Shown: positions 24,924 to 34,854 of the stretch, piece after piece
How positions within the stretch are numbered: position 1 is the first letter of the stretch
Layout: every line of letters starts with the position of its first letter
Origin: Bdellovibrionia bacterium
GTDB lineage: Bacteria > Bdellovibrionota > UBA1018
Assembly: GCA_044347055.1 (NCBI GenBank)
Contig: JBIIXZ010000001.1
Span: forward strand, 1 to 47,223
Direction of reading: 5' to 3'
Length of the DNA: 47,223 nucleotides
Notes under the pieces: generated by a model
Databases searched by the model: none
What the model saw: the letters and a program-made list of their open reading frames with translations, nothing else
What the model was told of the DNA's origin: nothing
Position numbers and translations under genes: made by a program

Positions 24924-26431
24924 AACCCTCGGTGATCGGACTTTTGGGCCTCCTTGTTCACGCCGTGGTCTCGCTCTCCGCCGGACCTGCGTCCGCTGCT
25001 CCGTCGACCCTCCGCTGGGCTGCGGATGCCGAGGGTGGTGCACCTTACGTTTTTCGTGATCCCCGCAATCCGTCCAGAATGATCGGCTTTGAAGTCGATC
25101 TGATGGAGGAGGTGGCCAAGCGCCTCGGACTTCGGGCCGAGTTTGTCCAGAACCAATGGGATTCCTTGATTCCCGGGTTGCAGCGCGGTGACTACGATGT
25201 TGCCGTCAATGGAATCGAAATCACCGAAGACCGGAAACGCGAGGTCCGCTTTTCTGATCCGTACTTTGTCACCTATGAGCAGCTGACAGTTCGGAAGGAA
25301 ACGCAGGACATCCAGAGTCTCGACGACGCGAAGGGCAGGATCGCCGGAACGCTGAAGTACTCGCTTGCCGAGCGCATGCTCAAGGCCCACGGCGGCATCG
25401 AAGTGCGCGGCTATGACAGCCAGACCACGATCTACGAAGACCTCTCGAATGGACGCCTCGACTTCGTGCTCCTCGATCATCCGGTCGCCGTCTACTACGG
25501 CAACCCTGACCCGGGCCTGAAGAGCGTCGGGCGGCCGATCGGCGATATGTCCTACGGCATTGCGGTTCCGCTTCAGAACGCCGAACTCCAGCAGAAGATC
25601 AACCAGGTGCTGGCCTCCATGAAGCGCGAAGGAAAGCTTCGCGAGATCTACGATCGCTGGGGAATCTGGAACTCGCGGATGGCCGATGCCTTCCAGGATC
25701 ACTCGCCTTCCAAGCCGGCAACCGAGCTCAACGAGTACCTTGCCGCGATGGGAAAAACCCAGACCTGGCAGCAGCAGGCCGCCCAGTACTGGTCGTATGT
25801 TCCGCTGCTGGCTCGCGGAGCCGTGACGACGCTCCAGCTTTCCGCCGTCGGGATGCTTCTGGCGGTTGCCATCGGACTCGTCCTCGCGCTGGTTCGGCTT
25901 TATGTCGGAGGATTTCCAGGCTTCATCGCGCTGGCCTACACCGAGGCCATTCGGGGCACGCCACTCCTCATTCAGCTCTTCTTCATTTTCTACGGGCTTC
26001 CGAATATCGGCATCAAGCTCTCGCCTTTTGTCGCGGCCGTGATCGGACTCGGCATGAACTACGGCGCCTATGAGGCCGAAGTGTATCGTGCGGGATTTCT
26101 CTCCGTGCCGCGGAGCCAGCTCGACGCGGCCCTTTCTCTGGGAATGAATCGCTGGCAGGCCCTCTGCCATGTGATCCTGCCGCAGGCCACCCGCGTGGCG
26201 CTGCCACCGATGACCAATGACTTCATTTCGCTGCTCAAGGATTCGTCGCTCGTATCGGTGATCACGATGGTCGAGCTGACCAAGGTCTATGGGCAGCTTG
26301 CGTCGACGTATTACGACTACCTCGGAATCGGCATCCTGACCGCAGCGATGTACTTCGTGATCGGACTTCCGTTCGTACGACTCTCACGCGCCCTCGAGAA
26401 AAAATTCACTCGGGGTCGCCCGCACGTCTGA
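24920..26431 (+). CDS. Amino-acid ABC transporter, fused substrate-binding domain + permease
   Basis: It has a signal peptide. The SBP_bac_3-like N-half reads GFEVDLMEEVAKRLGL...WDSLIPGLQRGDYDVAVNGIEIT. The HisM/GlnP-like C-half reads RGTPLLIQLFFIFYGLP. ATGA overlap with the ATPase gene. Confidence 0.85.
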   Translation: MKPSVIGLLGLLVHAVVSLSAGPASAAPSTLRWAADAEGGAPYVFRDPRNPSRMIGFEVDLMEEVAKRLGLRAEFVQNQWDSLIPGLQRGDYDVAVNGIEITEDRKREVRFSDPYFVTYEQLTVRKETQDIQSLDDAKGRIAGTLKYSLAERMLKAHGGIEVRGYDSQTTIYEDLSNGRLDFVLLDHPVAVYYGNPDPGLKSVGRPIGDMSYGIAVPLQNAELQQKINQVLASMKREGKLREIYDRWGIWNSRMADAFQDHSPSKPATELNEYLAAMGKTQTWQQQAAQYWSYVPLLARGAVTTLQLSAVGMLLAVAIGLVLALVRLYVGGFPGFIALAYTEAIRGTPLLIQLFFIFYGLPNIGIKLSPFVAAVIGLGMNYGAYEAEVYRAGFLSVPRSQLDAALSLGMNRWQALCHVILPQATRVALPPMTNDFISLLKDSSLVSVITMVELTKVYGQLASTYYDYLGIGILTAAMYFVIGLPFVRLSRALEKKFTRGRPHV

Positions 26432-26449
26432 GCGTGGAGTCCGGAGCGA

Positions 26450-27061
26450 TCAGGGCGAGAGCCGCACTCGCTTCCAGGCGCCGGGCTTGCCGCGCACCGG
26501 AACCCTCCGGGTGTATTCAAAACGGTCATGGAGCCGGAACTCGCCATCGATCCAGAATTCCATGCGCTCCGGAACGAGCAGGAAGCCTCCCCAATGTTCC
26601 GGAAGATCGACTTCGCGCCCTTCAAAGAGCATCTCGTAATGTCGGAGTCGTCCAAGGAGCGCCTCGCGGCTCGGAATCACCGAGCTTTGTTTCGAGGCCC
26701 AGGCGCCGAGCTGGCTCGTTCGGGGCCGACTGTGGAAGTACCTCTCGGCCTCAGGGCGGGGCATGGCGTGGATCCGACCTTCGACTCGCACCTGACGGTC
26801 CAGCTGCTTCCAGTGAAAGGCGAGTGCTGCACGCGGATTGGAGATCAGCTCTCGTGCCTTGCGGCTTTCGAGATTGGTGAAGATTCGGAAGGCGCCCTTC
26901 GAGAGCCCTTTGTAGAGGACCACGCGTGCCGATGGCACTCCGCTCTTCGTGCAGGTGGCCAGCGTCATGGCATCAGGATGTTTTTCTCCGGACTTCACGG
27001 CGAGAGCAAACCAGTTCTCGAACTCAGCCAGGGGATTACGCTTCAAGTCGGTGATGTCCAT
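26450..27061 (-). CDS. pdxH: Pyridoxamine 5'-phosphate oxidase
   Basis: Motifs: AMTLATC...PSARVVLYKG, FHW..L.RQVRVEG, YF.SRP..SQLGAWAS.QS, WGG..L.P...EFW. Confidence 0.85.
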   Translation of the reverse strand: MDITDLKRNPLAEFENWFALAVKSGEKHPDAMTLATCTKSGVPSARVVLYKGLSKGAFRIFTNLESRKARELISNPRAALAFHWKQLDRQVRVEGRIHAMPRPEAERYFHSRPRTSQLGAWASKQSSVIPSREALLGRLRHYEMLFEGREVDLPEHWGGFLLVPERMEFWIDGEFRLHDRFEYTRRVPVRGKPGAWKRVRLSP

Positions 27062-27123
27062 GGCGCACTCTTAACAAGAAAGGACTCTTGGCTCCATCGC
27101 GACTTTCCGGCTAAAAGATCGCC

Positions 27124-27690
27124 ATGGCACTCATGTACTCGCAGGTTCCGACGGAGAAGGAATTGGGCTCGCTGGCGCCCGGATTTTCGCTGAAAGGAGT
27201 CGACGGCAAGGTCCACTCGCTGGCGGACTATTCGAGCTCCCGGGCGCTGGTGGTCATCTTCATGTGCAACCACTGCCCGTACGTCATTGCGGTCCAGGAG
27301 CGCATCAACCAGCTGGCAAAAGAGTTCGGACCTCGGGGAGTGTCGGTTGTTGGAATCAATTCGAACGACACGAGCCGGTACCCCGCCGACAGCTTCGAGG
27401 CCATGCAGGCCCGCGCCGCCGAGCAGGGGTATGCGTTTGATTACCTGATCGATGAGACGCAAGAGGTGGCCCGGGCCTACGGCGCGGTGTGCACGCCGGA
27501 CCCGTTCGTGTTCTCCAACGACGGCGGCAAATTCGTGCTCCGCTACCACGGGCGCATCGATGACAACTGGAAGGAGCCGGCGCAGGTGTCGCGGCGCGAG
27601 CTCGCCGAGGCCCTCGAGTCGATCCTTGCCGGTAGCCGGCCCTCGGCCGATCAGGTGCCCACGATGGGCTGCAGCATCAAATGGCGGTGA
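27124..27690 (+). CDS. Thioredoxin-fold (redoxin/AhpC-TSA-like) protein
   Basis: APGFSLKGVDGKVHSLADY, VVIFMCNHCPYV (CxxC), and a typical C-terminal MGCSIKW. Confidence 0.75.
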   Translation: MALMYSQVPTEKELGSLAPGFSLKGVDGKVHSLADYSSSRALVVIFMCNHCPYVIAVQERINQLAKEFGPRGVSVVGINSNDTSRYPADSFEAMQARAAEQGYAFDYLIDETQEVARAYGAVCTPDPFVFSNDGGKFVLRYHGRIDDNWKEPAQVSRRELAEALESILAGSRPSADQVPTMGCSIKWR

Positions 27691-27973
27691 TGTCCGACTC
27701 TTCCGAGGTCACTCGCGCGAACGAGTGGGTGTCGATGTAGTCGCAGATCTTTTTCGAGAAGGTCGTGATGCTGGCCTCGCGCCAGTGATTCGGAATCACT
27801 GCCGCGAAGCCGATCACGCATTGTTCGGGATCTTCCAGCGCATCGATCTCCAGCGCACTCACGTTGAACTGCTTCCGTACGTCCTCGCAAAGCTCGGCAA
27901 GCTGCCGGCGTTTCTTTGCAATGTCCGTATTGTTGAAGAAATCCATCGTGATTCGGGTGGCGGCGATTCGCAT
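27677..27973 (-). CDS. Hypothetical small protein
   Basis: 98-aa ORF (89 aa from the second Met) with plausible composition. Its 3' end overlaps the convergent redoxin gene by 14 nt. No family recognised. Confidence 0.4.
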   Translation of the reverse strand: MRIAATRITMDFFNNTDIAKKRRQLAELCEDVRKQFNVSALEIDALEDPEQCVIGFAAVIPNHWREASITTFSKKICDYIDTHSFARVTSEESDITAI

Positions 27974-27991
27974 GAGGCGAGTTTATCCGGC

Positions 27992-28465
27992 TCAACCGGT
28001 CGCATCAATCTCGGGCGCCTTGACCAGGACATCGAGCGTGGCGCTCTGGCTCTGCCGGCCCTTGCTGTTGATGGCCACGATCGACGCATCATACTTCATG
28101 GTCTTGCCGCTGACGGCCAGCCGCTTGATCTGCTCCGGCGTCAGGGTCGCCCGCCAGGTGGTTCCTGCCACCCGCTCCATCGGAATCATGATCGGGGCAT
28201 TGTTGAACATGATTCGAACGCTATCGACTTCTGCGGTCATGTCCTTCACTTCGGCCAGGATGGTGGGCGTCTGGATCGGGCGCAGCGTGCGGGTGACTTC
28301 GAAGGTGCCGGGTTCGGTGCGGGCATTCAGGACGGTCGGTCCGGTCTGCGACAGCTCCTCGCCTCCGGTGCTCCGCCTGAAGGGCGAGCTCGAGCAGCCG
28401 GCGGCAAGGACGGCAGCCAGGGTGAGGAAAGAAGTCACGAAAATGGCGTTTTTGGTGGGGCGCAT
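27992..28465 (-). CDS. Lipoprotein, function unknown
   Basis: Signal peptide with lipobox: FLTLAAVLAAGC. 157-aa ORF. Confidence 0.65.
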   Translation of the reverse strand: MRPTKNAIFVTSFLTLAAVLAAGCSSSPFRRSTGGEELSQTGPTVLNARTEPGTFEVTRTLRPIQTPTILAEVKDMTAEVDSVRIMFNNAPIMIPMERVAGTTWRATLTPEQIKRLAVSGKTMKYDASIVAINSKGRQSQSATLDVLVKAPEIDATG

Positions 28466-28537
28466 GGAAATTCTCCTTGATCGAGCATTGTTGCAGACCC
28501 GGGGCCAGTTATACTGGGATGACCGGGAAGAGGGATC

Positions 28538-29353
28538 ATGTCAGCAAGCAGCCTGAAACAGCATCGAAGCAGGATGTACGTGGCGCTCACGCTCGCGTAC
28601 CTGCTTTTTCCGATCACGTTTCTTCCGGTGCTGGCCTTCCTGCTGGATGTACCGCTCGCGCAGGTGGCGCGCATCGCGCTCCAGCCCGCGTTTCTCGGAG
28701 TCTCCTTCATCGCCGTCATCACCGGATATGCCCTTCACGAAATGAAGCGCTGGGGCTGGTACCTGTTGCAGCTGACCCAGGTCCTCGTCGTGCTCCTGGC
28801 GGGGTCGCTTTCCTATGGCCATAGCCAGAGCCATTACCCGGTGTTTGCCTTCCTCGTTCTCGTTTTCATGGTCTGGTTCGCCCACAATTGGATCTCGCGC
28901 GAAGTGCGCGTGCCGTACTTCATGCCGCAGATTCCGTGGTGGGAGAGCAATCCGAAGTTCAAGACCCAGATACCCGCGCAGGTCATCCGACAGGGGGGCA
29001 AGACGCTCGAAGCGGACATCCTGGACCTCTCGCTCGCGGGATGCTTCATCAAGTGCAAGCCCGAGTTCGTGGAGAATGAGCTCATTGAGATCCGATGCCA
29101 GCTCTTCGAGCGCGACTGGAGGTGCAGGGGAGTGGTGGTGTGGAACACCTTCGGGGCGGTCACCCATCCTCGAGGCATCGGAGTGAAGTTCGGCGCTATG
29201 GACCGGGGAACCCGTCGCGTGCTGAAGGCTTCGACGATCAAGCTTTCTCGCATCAGCAAGCTGAACCGAACGGGCAGGTACTGGCTGAGCACGGAAGAGT
29301 ACAACAACTTGCTGGCAAAGCTGCGGGCGCCGCTTCCTCGCGGGGATGCCTGA
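28538..29353 (+). CDS. Integral-membrane PilZ-domain protein
   Basis: It has about 4 N-terminal TM helices. The C-terminal PilZ-like segment reads SREVRVPYF...ADILDLSLAGCFIK...GVVVW (DxSxxG present; the RxxxR element is not canonical). Confidence 0.65.
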   Translation: MSASSLKQHRSRMYVALTLAYLLFPITFLPVLAFLLDVPLAQVARIALQPAFLGVSFIAVITGYALHEMKRWGWYLLQLTQVLVVLLAGSLSYGHSQSHYPVFAFLVLVFMVWFAHNWISREVRVPYFMPQIPWWESNPKFKTQIPAQVIRQGGKTLEADILDLSLAGCFIKCKPEFVENELIEIRCQLFERDWRCRGVVVWNTFGAVTHPRGIGVKFGAMDRGTRRVLKASTIKLSRISKLNRTGRYWLSTEEYNNLLAKLRAPLPRGDA

Positions 29354-29829
29354 TGTCCGGACCCGCGTTCGACGCCAGGGCCGCGATGGAGTCCGCGCTC
29401 GAGCTGGCTCGTGAGGCTGCACTTCTGGATGAGGTTCCGGTCGGCGCAGTCGTCGTGGAGCTGGAGACCGGGCGGATCGTGGGCCGAGGAATGAACCGGC
29501 GCGAGACCCGGCATGATCCTGCGGGACATGCTGAAATCGAGGCGCTTCAGGATGCTGCCCGGAATCTTCAGAGCTGGCGACTGGTGGGCTGTGCCCTCGT
29601 GGTGACGCTCGAGCCCTGTCCGATGTGCCTGGCGGCGGCACAGCAGGGACGCATTGAACGACTGATCTATTCGGCGGAGGATCCGAAGGGGGGCGCGCTC
29701 TCGCTCGGTTATCGCCTCCACGAAGACGTGCGGATGAACCATCGCTTCGGCGTCGAGCGCCTCGAACTCACGGCGTGCTCGGAGCTGCTCCGTCAATTCT
29801 TCCGAAAAAAGCGGCAAAAGCCGCTTTGA
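29353..29829 (+). CDS. tadA: tRNA adenosine(34) deaminase
   Basis: Motifs: VPVGAVVV, HAEIEAL, TLEPCPMCLAA. The ATG overlaps the PilZ gene TGA by 1 nt (TGATG). Confidence 0.85.
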   Translation: MSGPAFDARAAMESALELAREAALLDEVPVGAVVVELETGRIVGRGMNRRETRHDPAGHAEIEALQDAARNLQSWRLVGCALVVTLEPCPMCLAAAQQGRIERLIYSAEDPKGGALSLGYRLHEDVRMNHRFGVERLELTACSELLRQFFRKKRQKPL

Positions 29830-29846
29830 CAATCATCAAGAATACG

Positions 29847-29865
29847 ACCCGAAACTGTTTCGGGT
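29847..29865 (+). terminator. Hairpin downstream of tadA
   Basis: acccgaaa-ctg-tttcgggt, an 8-bp stem, 18 nt after the stop. No T-run follows, so terminator function is uncertain. Confidence 0.3.
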
Positions 29866-29919
29866 TGAGGCTGGTCCTCGTCACGGTGCTAAAGCATCGG
29901 GCTCGAAAGGAAACCAGCG

Positions 29920-30624
29920 ATGCAACGACTTCAAAACTTCAAGCCCCTCTTTCTTTCACTGCTTGCGGCGGTGGCACTCACCGCCTGCGAAGGCGTTTCC
30001 GAGACCTCCTCGGCATCCGACGCCAGCCAGGTCGCCACGTCCTCCGAGGATTCGCCGAGTTCCGGTACTTCCTGCGCCTCGAGCGATCTCTGCCTGGCCC
30101 TCAAGATGGTGGCCTACTCGGACGGCAATGCTCCGGTGATCGACTCACGAACGGCAGAGGACATCGTCTCGCGGATCAATGGCGTCTGGTCTCAGTGTGG
30201 AATCGGTTTCCGTCTCGAGGATTTCCAGGCAGTGGAGCCCAAGAACGTCGGCCTGTCGGAGATTCCGCAGAACATGTCGGAGCTTCCGCAGATTCGAGGA
30301 GCACTGCAGTCCTCCAACCAGCTGCTGGTGGTCATGACCGAAGGCTGGGGATCCGCCGGCAACATCAACGACAGTGGCGCGGACGCCTGGACGACGCTTC
30401 CCGGTTATCCTCCCTACGGCGCGGTCATCGACGAACCCGTGGCCCGTAACGCAAACATCATTGCGCACGAGCTGGGGCACTACCTCGACCTGCTGCACAT
30501 CCAGAATCGGGGCAACCTCCTGAGTCCTGTCGTCGGCGCATCGAGCCGCGGCCTGACCTCAGGCCAGTGCTCCAAGGCTCGCGCGACGGCCCAGGCGGTT
30601 TTCGCGCCGATGCTGCGGTCCTGA
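29920..30624 (+). CDS. Lipoprotein zinc metalloprotease (metzincin/M43-like)
   Basis: Lipobox: LLAAVALTAC. Zinc motif: IIAHELGHYLDLLH (HExxHxxxxxH). Confidence 0.6.
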   Translation: MQRLQNFKPLFLSLLAAVALTACEGVSETSSASDASQVATSSEDSPSSGTSCASSDLCLALKMVAYSDGNAPVIDSRTAEDIVSRINGVWSQCGIGFRLEDFQAVEPKNVGLSEIPQNMSELPQIRGALQSSNQLLVVMTEGWGSAGNINDSGADAWTTLPGYPPYGAVIDEPVARNANIIAHELGHYLDLLHIQNRGNLLSPVVGASSRGLTSGQCSKARATAQAVFAPMLRS

Positions 30625-30670
30625 GAAACTATTTGGGTCGATCGGCGCTTCGTGTAGACTTTGGGGCCAT

Positions 30671-31129
30671 ATGGCACTCAAACTTCACTTCGCCAGTCTG
30701 TCGCTCGGAGCGTCGGTCGATCAGCAGACCGGAAGCCTTTCGGTTTTCGATCTCGTCGAAGAAATCCGGGCGCCCCAGCTTCCAGTGCACCTGCAGTCGC
30801 TCGTGATCTCGCTTTCGCTCGAGAAGACGACTGCTGAACAGGTCAACGGAAAGGTCTTCATCCACCTGCTGACTCCCGACGGAAAGCAGAACCTGCTCGG
30901 CCAGGGCGAACTCAATGTTCCTACCGAGCAAAAGCGCATGAAGGCCGTCTTTCGGTTCGGCGGATTTCCGGTTTATCACTTTGGAGCACACCGCTTCGTG
31001 GTCTCGTGGGTGAATGCCGCCGGTGTCAAGCAGGGCGAGGCCATCCTGGATTTCGAAGCCATCCAGGTCACGCAGGTGGCGCAGGGCGTAGGTCCGACTC
31101 CTGGCGACAAGCCGCCTCTCGCGCACTGA
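30671..31129 (+). CDS. Hypothetical protein, apparently co-transcribed with ampG
   Basis: 152-aa ORF that ends 1 nt before the ampG ATG. No family recognised with confidence. Confidence 0.55.
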   Translation: MALKLHFASLSLGASVDQQTGSLSVFDLVEEIRAPQLPVHLQSLVISLSLEKTTAEQVNGKVFIHLLTPDGKQNLLGQGELNVPTEQKRMKAVFRFGGFPVYHFGAHRFVVSWVNAAGVKQGEAILDFEAIQVTQVAQGVGPTPGDKPPLAH

Positions 31130-31130
31130 C

Positions 31131-32492
31131 ATGGCGAGAGCCCATTCGATCCGGGATACCCTTCGCGCCCTCCGACAGCGGAAGATGCTTTTCCTCCTTC
31201 TGCTGGGAATGTCCTCCGGGCTTCCGTTTGCACTGACGCTCGGAACCCTCCAGGCGTGGATGAAAGATCTGTCGATCGACCTGAAGACGATCGGGCTCTT
31301 CGCGTTCCTGCGCCTTCCGTTCTCGATCAAGTTCCTGTGGTCGCCGCTGATGGATCGGTACGCTTTGCCGCTGCTGGATCGCCGGCGCGGCTGGACGCTG
31401 CTCATGCAGCTGCTCGTTGCGGCGTCTGTGGCCGCCATGGCGTGGACCGACCCGACCACGCAGATCCAGCGCCTGCTCGTCCTGACGCTGCTCGTGAATC
31501 TCTTTTCGGCTAGCCAGGACATCGTGCTGGATGCCTACCGCCGAGAGGTGCTCGATGATCACGAGCTCGGACTCGGTGTCGGCATCTTCGTCAATGGCTA
31601 CATCATCGCATTTCGGTACATCTCGGGAGCGCTGGCGCTGCTCCTGCCGGGCTGGCTCGGCTGGAGCTGGGGCCAAGTGTACCTCGCGATGGCGGGGCTC
31701 ATGGCCGCATTCGCCGTAGCGACGATTTTTGCTCCTCGACTGGAGCGGGTTTCTGCCGCACAGGCGCCGCAGACCCTGGGCGAAGCCTTTGTCGGACCCC
31801 TTCGCGAATATTTTTCCAGGCCCGAGGCGTTCACCGTCCTGGCGTTCATCATCCTGTACAAGGTCGGTGACGCCATGGCGAGCACCATGACCCTTCCGTT
31901 CATCCTGGAGTCCGGCTTCAGCCGCGAAGAGTACGTGGCCATCGTCAAGCTCTGGGGCCCGATGGCCACCTTTGCCGGAGCGCTGATCGGCGGGCATTAC
32001 GTGCTGAAGCTCGGCATTCGGCAGTCGCTTTGGGGAATGGGCATCCTGCAGGCCCTCTCCACCGCTCTTTTCATGGCCATCCACTGGACCGGAAAGAATA
32101 ACTGGGTCCTGGCCGGAGTCGTCGGATTTGAAAATCTCACGGCACAAATGGGAACGGCCGCTTATGCCGCCTACATGGGATCCATCACCAACGTTCGTTT
32201 TACGGCAACGCAATACGCGCTGCTATCGAGCCTCATGGCCGTACCTGGAGTCATCTTCGCCTCGCGGACGGGTGGACTTGCCGGGGGAATGGGCTGGCCG
32301 GGATTTTTCCTGTTCTGCGCCGTGCTCGCGATTCCCGGAATGCTCCTGATTCCGCTGCTCGAAGCATCGGCTCGAGTCAGCGGCTGGCGTGACTGGGTTC
32401 GCCGAGGCGTGATCACGGCAACCGTGCTTGCAGGAGCCTATACGCTGGTTGCCAGCGCGGGCGACATTCTGGGCCTGTTTTTCAAGGCCTGA
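31131..32492 (+). CDS. ampG: AmpG-family muropeptide MFS permease
   Basis: N-terminus reads LLLLGMSSGLPFALTLGTLQAWM...LRLPFSIKFLWSPLMDRY. It has multiple TM helices throughout. Confidence 0.8.
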   Translation: MARAHSIRDTLRALRQRKMLFLLLLGMSSGLPFALTLGTLQAWMKDLSIDLKTIGLFAFLRLPFSIKFLWSPLMDRYALPLLDRRRGWTLLMQLLVAASVAAMAWTDPTTQIQRLLVLTLLVNLFSASQDIVLDAYRREVLDDHELGLGVGIFVNGYIIAFRYISGALALLLPGWLGWSWGQVYLAMAGLMAAFAVATIFAPRLERVSAAQAPQTLGEAFVGPLREYFSRPEAFTVLAFIILYKVGDAMASTMTLPFILESGFSREEYVAIVKLWGPMATFAGALIGGHYVLKLGIRQSLWGMGILQALSTALFMAIHWTGKNNWVLAGVVGFENLTAQMGTAAYAAYMGSITNVRFTATQYALLSSLMAVPGVIFASRTGGLAGGMGWPGFFLFCAVLAIPGMLLIPLLEASARVSGWRDWVRRGVITATVLAGAYTLVASAGDILGLFFKA

Positions 32493-32497
32493 GGTGC

Positions 32498-33118
32498 TCA
32501 AATCGGGGCGGGTTGCGGCACTCCCTGGATGGCGAGCGCGCGGTCAAAATGGCGAAAGCTGGAATTGCTATCATCGAGCAGCCTGCGATCCGGACACAGG
32601 ATCGGCTCGTTCGGAAACTCCTCGAGCTCGCCCTTGAGAAGCTCGGGCCGGCACTTTTCCGAAATCTCGCGAAGCACCAGATCGAACTGTCGGCGGTCGC
32701 GATCATCCGTGAGCTCCAGCTCCGCGATGCCCTCCGGAATGTATCGATAAAACGACGGAACCTCGGATGCCCAAAGAATGGGGGGCGAGTACATGGCCTT
32801 CAGCTCGGGCTGAGAATGTCCGCGCTTTCGATGCGCGACGCTGGTGTTCAGGTCGACGATTTCTCCCGAGGTCGTGGCCGCCCAGAAATGAAAGCTCTGG
32901 CCCCAGCATCCTGCCCAGATGGCCTGCTGGTTTTCGAGGATCTCGACCCACGCCGCAGGTCCGTAGAAAACCTGTGCCGGGATGCCGTGGTTCTTGAGGG
33001 CCTCGACCGCAGCTGCCGCCACCAGGAGCGGAACTTCGGAGCGGTCTCCGGAAACCCGGTCGACGACTTTCGTGACGATTCGAGAAACGTTCGCAATGAC
33101 GGGCAGGGGAGTACTCAT
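32498..33118 (-). CDS. Hypothetical protein coupled to the aromatic amino-acid hydroxylase
   Basis: 206-aa ORF. Its ATG overlaps the upstream gene stop (ATGA). It contains a C...H...D pattern: AGCWGQSFHFWAATTSGEIVDLN. Confidence 0.6.
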   Translation of the reverse strand: MSTPLPVIANVSRIVTKVVDRVSGDRSEVPLLVAAAAVEALKNHGIPAQVFYGPAAWVEILENQQAIWAGCWGQSFHFWAATTSGEIVDLNTSVAHRKRGHSQPELKAMYSPPILWASEVPSFYRYIPEGIAELELTDDRDRRQFDLVLREISEKCRPELLKGELEEFPNEPILCPDRRLLDDSNSSFRHFDRALAIQGVPQPAPI

Positions 33119-34854
33119 GACAGAAGCTCCATCCCGCGTCGGATCATCTTCTCGACCTCGAGATTCGCCTTTGCGATCTCGGCAAGCTTCGAGAGGACTT
33201 GCCCGCGCCAGGGAGCCTGCAATTTCCAGGACTGATCGAGCTCCAGGAGCTCCATGCGCAGGAGCCAGTCCTGGGGATAACGGGCTGCAAAGGAGGCATG
33301 AATCGTGGTGAGCTGCTGCAGGCTTTCGGCTCTCGGGCCACGCTCGCGCACCTTTCGCACCTGGGCGTAGAGCTCATTCAGCGCGAGATTGTCGTCGGTG
33401 AGGTTCGTCTTCTGGAACCCGAGCCGCTTCGGAAAATCCTCGGTGGCCATGAGGTAGCGGCCACGATCCGGTGCTCCGCCATAAACCGAAGTGACCGTCA
33501 TTCCGCAGGCCATGTCGAAAACGCCCCATTCGGGCTGGAACAGGACGCGGTCTCCCTGGGTGACGGTGCAGTCCTTCCAGGTGATGATGACCAGTGCTCC
33601 CGCACGACGAGTCGTGCTGGTGATCGTGCCGCGGACGCGCACATTGGAATCGAACTGGAGCTCGGTGACTCCGCTGAGCTCGGCATCGGTCAACGACGCA
33701 GGCGAGCGAAGCGATCCCTTCCACACGACCTGTCCGACTGGGGTGCCGAAGCCGTGCAGGTGGTGACGAGCGCCCTGGTTCTCGATCTCAATGTCACCAA
33801 AGGCCAGCTGCGAGGGGCCTTCGAAACGCAGGTATCCCGGTTTTCCGAGCGAGTCGGTCAGGACTTCGATGAGCTTTCCGCCAATCTGGACACCCGAATC
33901 CAGCTCCGTCGTCGTGACCGCGCGAGCCTCGAGCGCCTTGTGGAGTGCGTCCATGCCCCCGATGCGGAAGGCCATGGTCGCCGCAAACTGTTCGAGCACC
34001 TGCGAGAGTGTCCTAAAATTGGGCGTCACGAAAAGCTGCGGCTGCGGACGGGTGATGTCGTACGGCACGTCCACGCAGCCGACCGTCAGCGGAATTTTTC
34101 GGACGTTCGGACCCAGGCAGTTGTAGCTCTCACCCACGGAGGAGAGGAGCCCTGCTCCGTAAATTTTCGGAGACTCCAGAGATCCGACGAGACCGTATTC
34201 CACGGTCCACCAGTTCATCCTCGCCAGAAGAGTGGCCTCGCTGAGCAGGGTCTGCGACGCGACGGCCTCGTCGAGGTGTTTCTGTGCCTCGGCAATCTTC
34301 GCGTTAGTGGAATTGGGGTCTTCCTTCACCTCCGAGAGAGTCCGGATGGCTCGGTAGACTGCCATGTCCTGCTCCGAGAAGATGGCCTTGCGCGAGACCT
34401 CGCCGTACTGGCGAAGGTAAGCAGCGTACTCCGGATCGGCAATGATCGGGGCATGTCCGGCCGCCTCGTGGACGATGTCCGGCGCCGGGGTGTAGGCCAG
34501 GTTCTCGAGCTTGCGCATGTCGCAGGCGATGGGCAGGACGCCGAGCGACTGAAATTCCATGAATGCCGCAGGAGGAATGAAGCCGCTGACCGCAACCGCG
34601 CGCCAGCCAAACCGACGAAGCCTCTCGTCCATTTCGGAAATCAGCGGAATCCGCTCGCTCGAAATTCCGGTCTCTTCCAGGCCGTCGAGGTACTTCTGGT
34701 GGGCGTGCTTGGCGAAAAACGCCTTGGAGATGCGCAGGATGAATCGCCACGAGGCATGATCGATGGCAGTGTACATCGACGGATCCTGCTGGACGACGAA
34801 GGGCGCCAGGTGCTCGGGAATGCGTTCAGTAATGGTCCAGTCTCCGCCGTGCAT
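33115..34854 (-). CDS. Long-form biopterin-dependent aromatic amino-acid hydroxylase (PAH-like) with ~290-aa C-terminal extension
   Basis: Iron-ligand region: PDIVHEAAGHAPIIADPEYAAYLRQYG. Also YGAGLLSS.GE. I prefer the ATG at 34854 (MHGGDW...); the alternative is 34917. Confidence 0.75.
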   Translation of the reverse strand: MHGGDWTITERIPEHLAPFVVQQDPSMYTAIDHASWRFILRISKAFFAKHAHQKYLDGLEETGISSERIPLISEMDERLRRFGWRAVAVSGFIPPAAFMEFQSLGVLPIACDMRKLENLAYTPAPDIVHEAAGHAPIIADPEYAAYLRQYGEVSRKAIFSEQDMAVYRAIRTLSEVKEDPNSTNAKIAEAQKHLDEAVASQTLLSEATLLARMNWWTVEYGLVGSLESPKIYGAGLLSSVGESYNCLGPNVRKIPLTVGCVDVPYDITRPQPQLFVTPNFRTLSQVLEQFAATMAFRIGGMDALHKALEARAVTTTELDSGVQIGGKLIEVLTDSLGKPGYLRFEGPSQLAFGDIEIENQGARHHLHGFGTPVGQVVWKGSLRSPASLTDAELSGVTELQFDSNVRVRGTITSTTRRAGALVIITWKDCTVTQGDRVLFQPEWGVFDMACGMTVTSVYGGAPDRGRYLMATEDFPKRLGFQKTNLTDDNLALNELYAQVRKVRERGPRAESLQQLTTIHASFAARYPQDWLLRMELLELDQSWKLQAPWRGQVLSKLAEIAKANLEVEKMIRRGMELLS

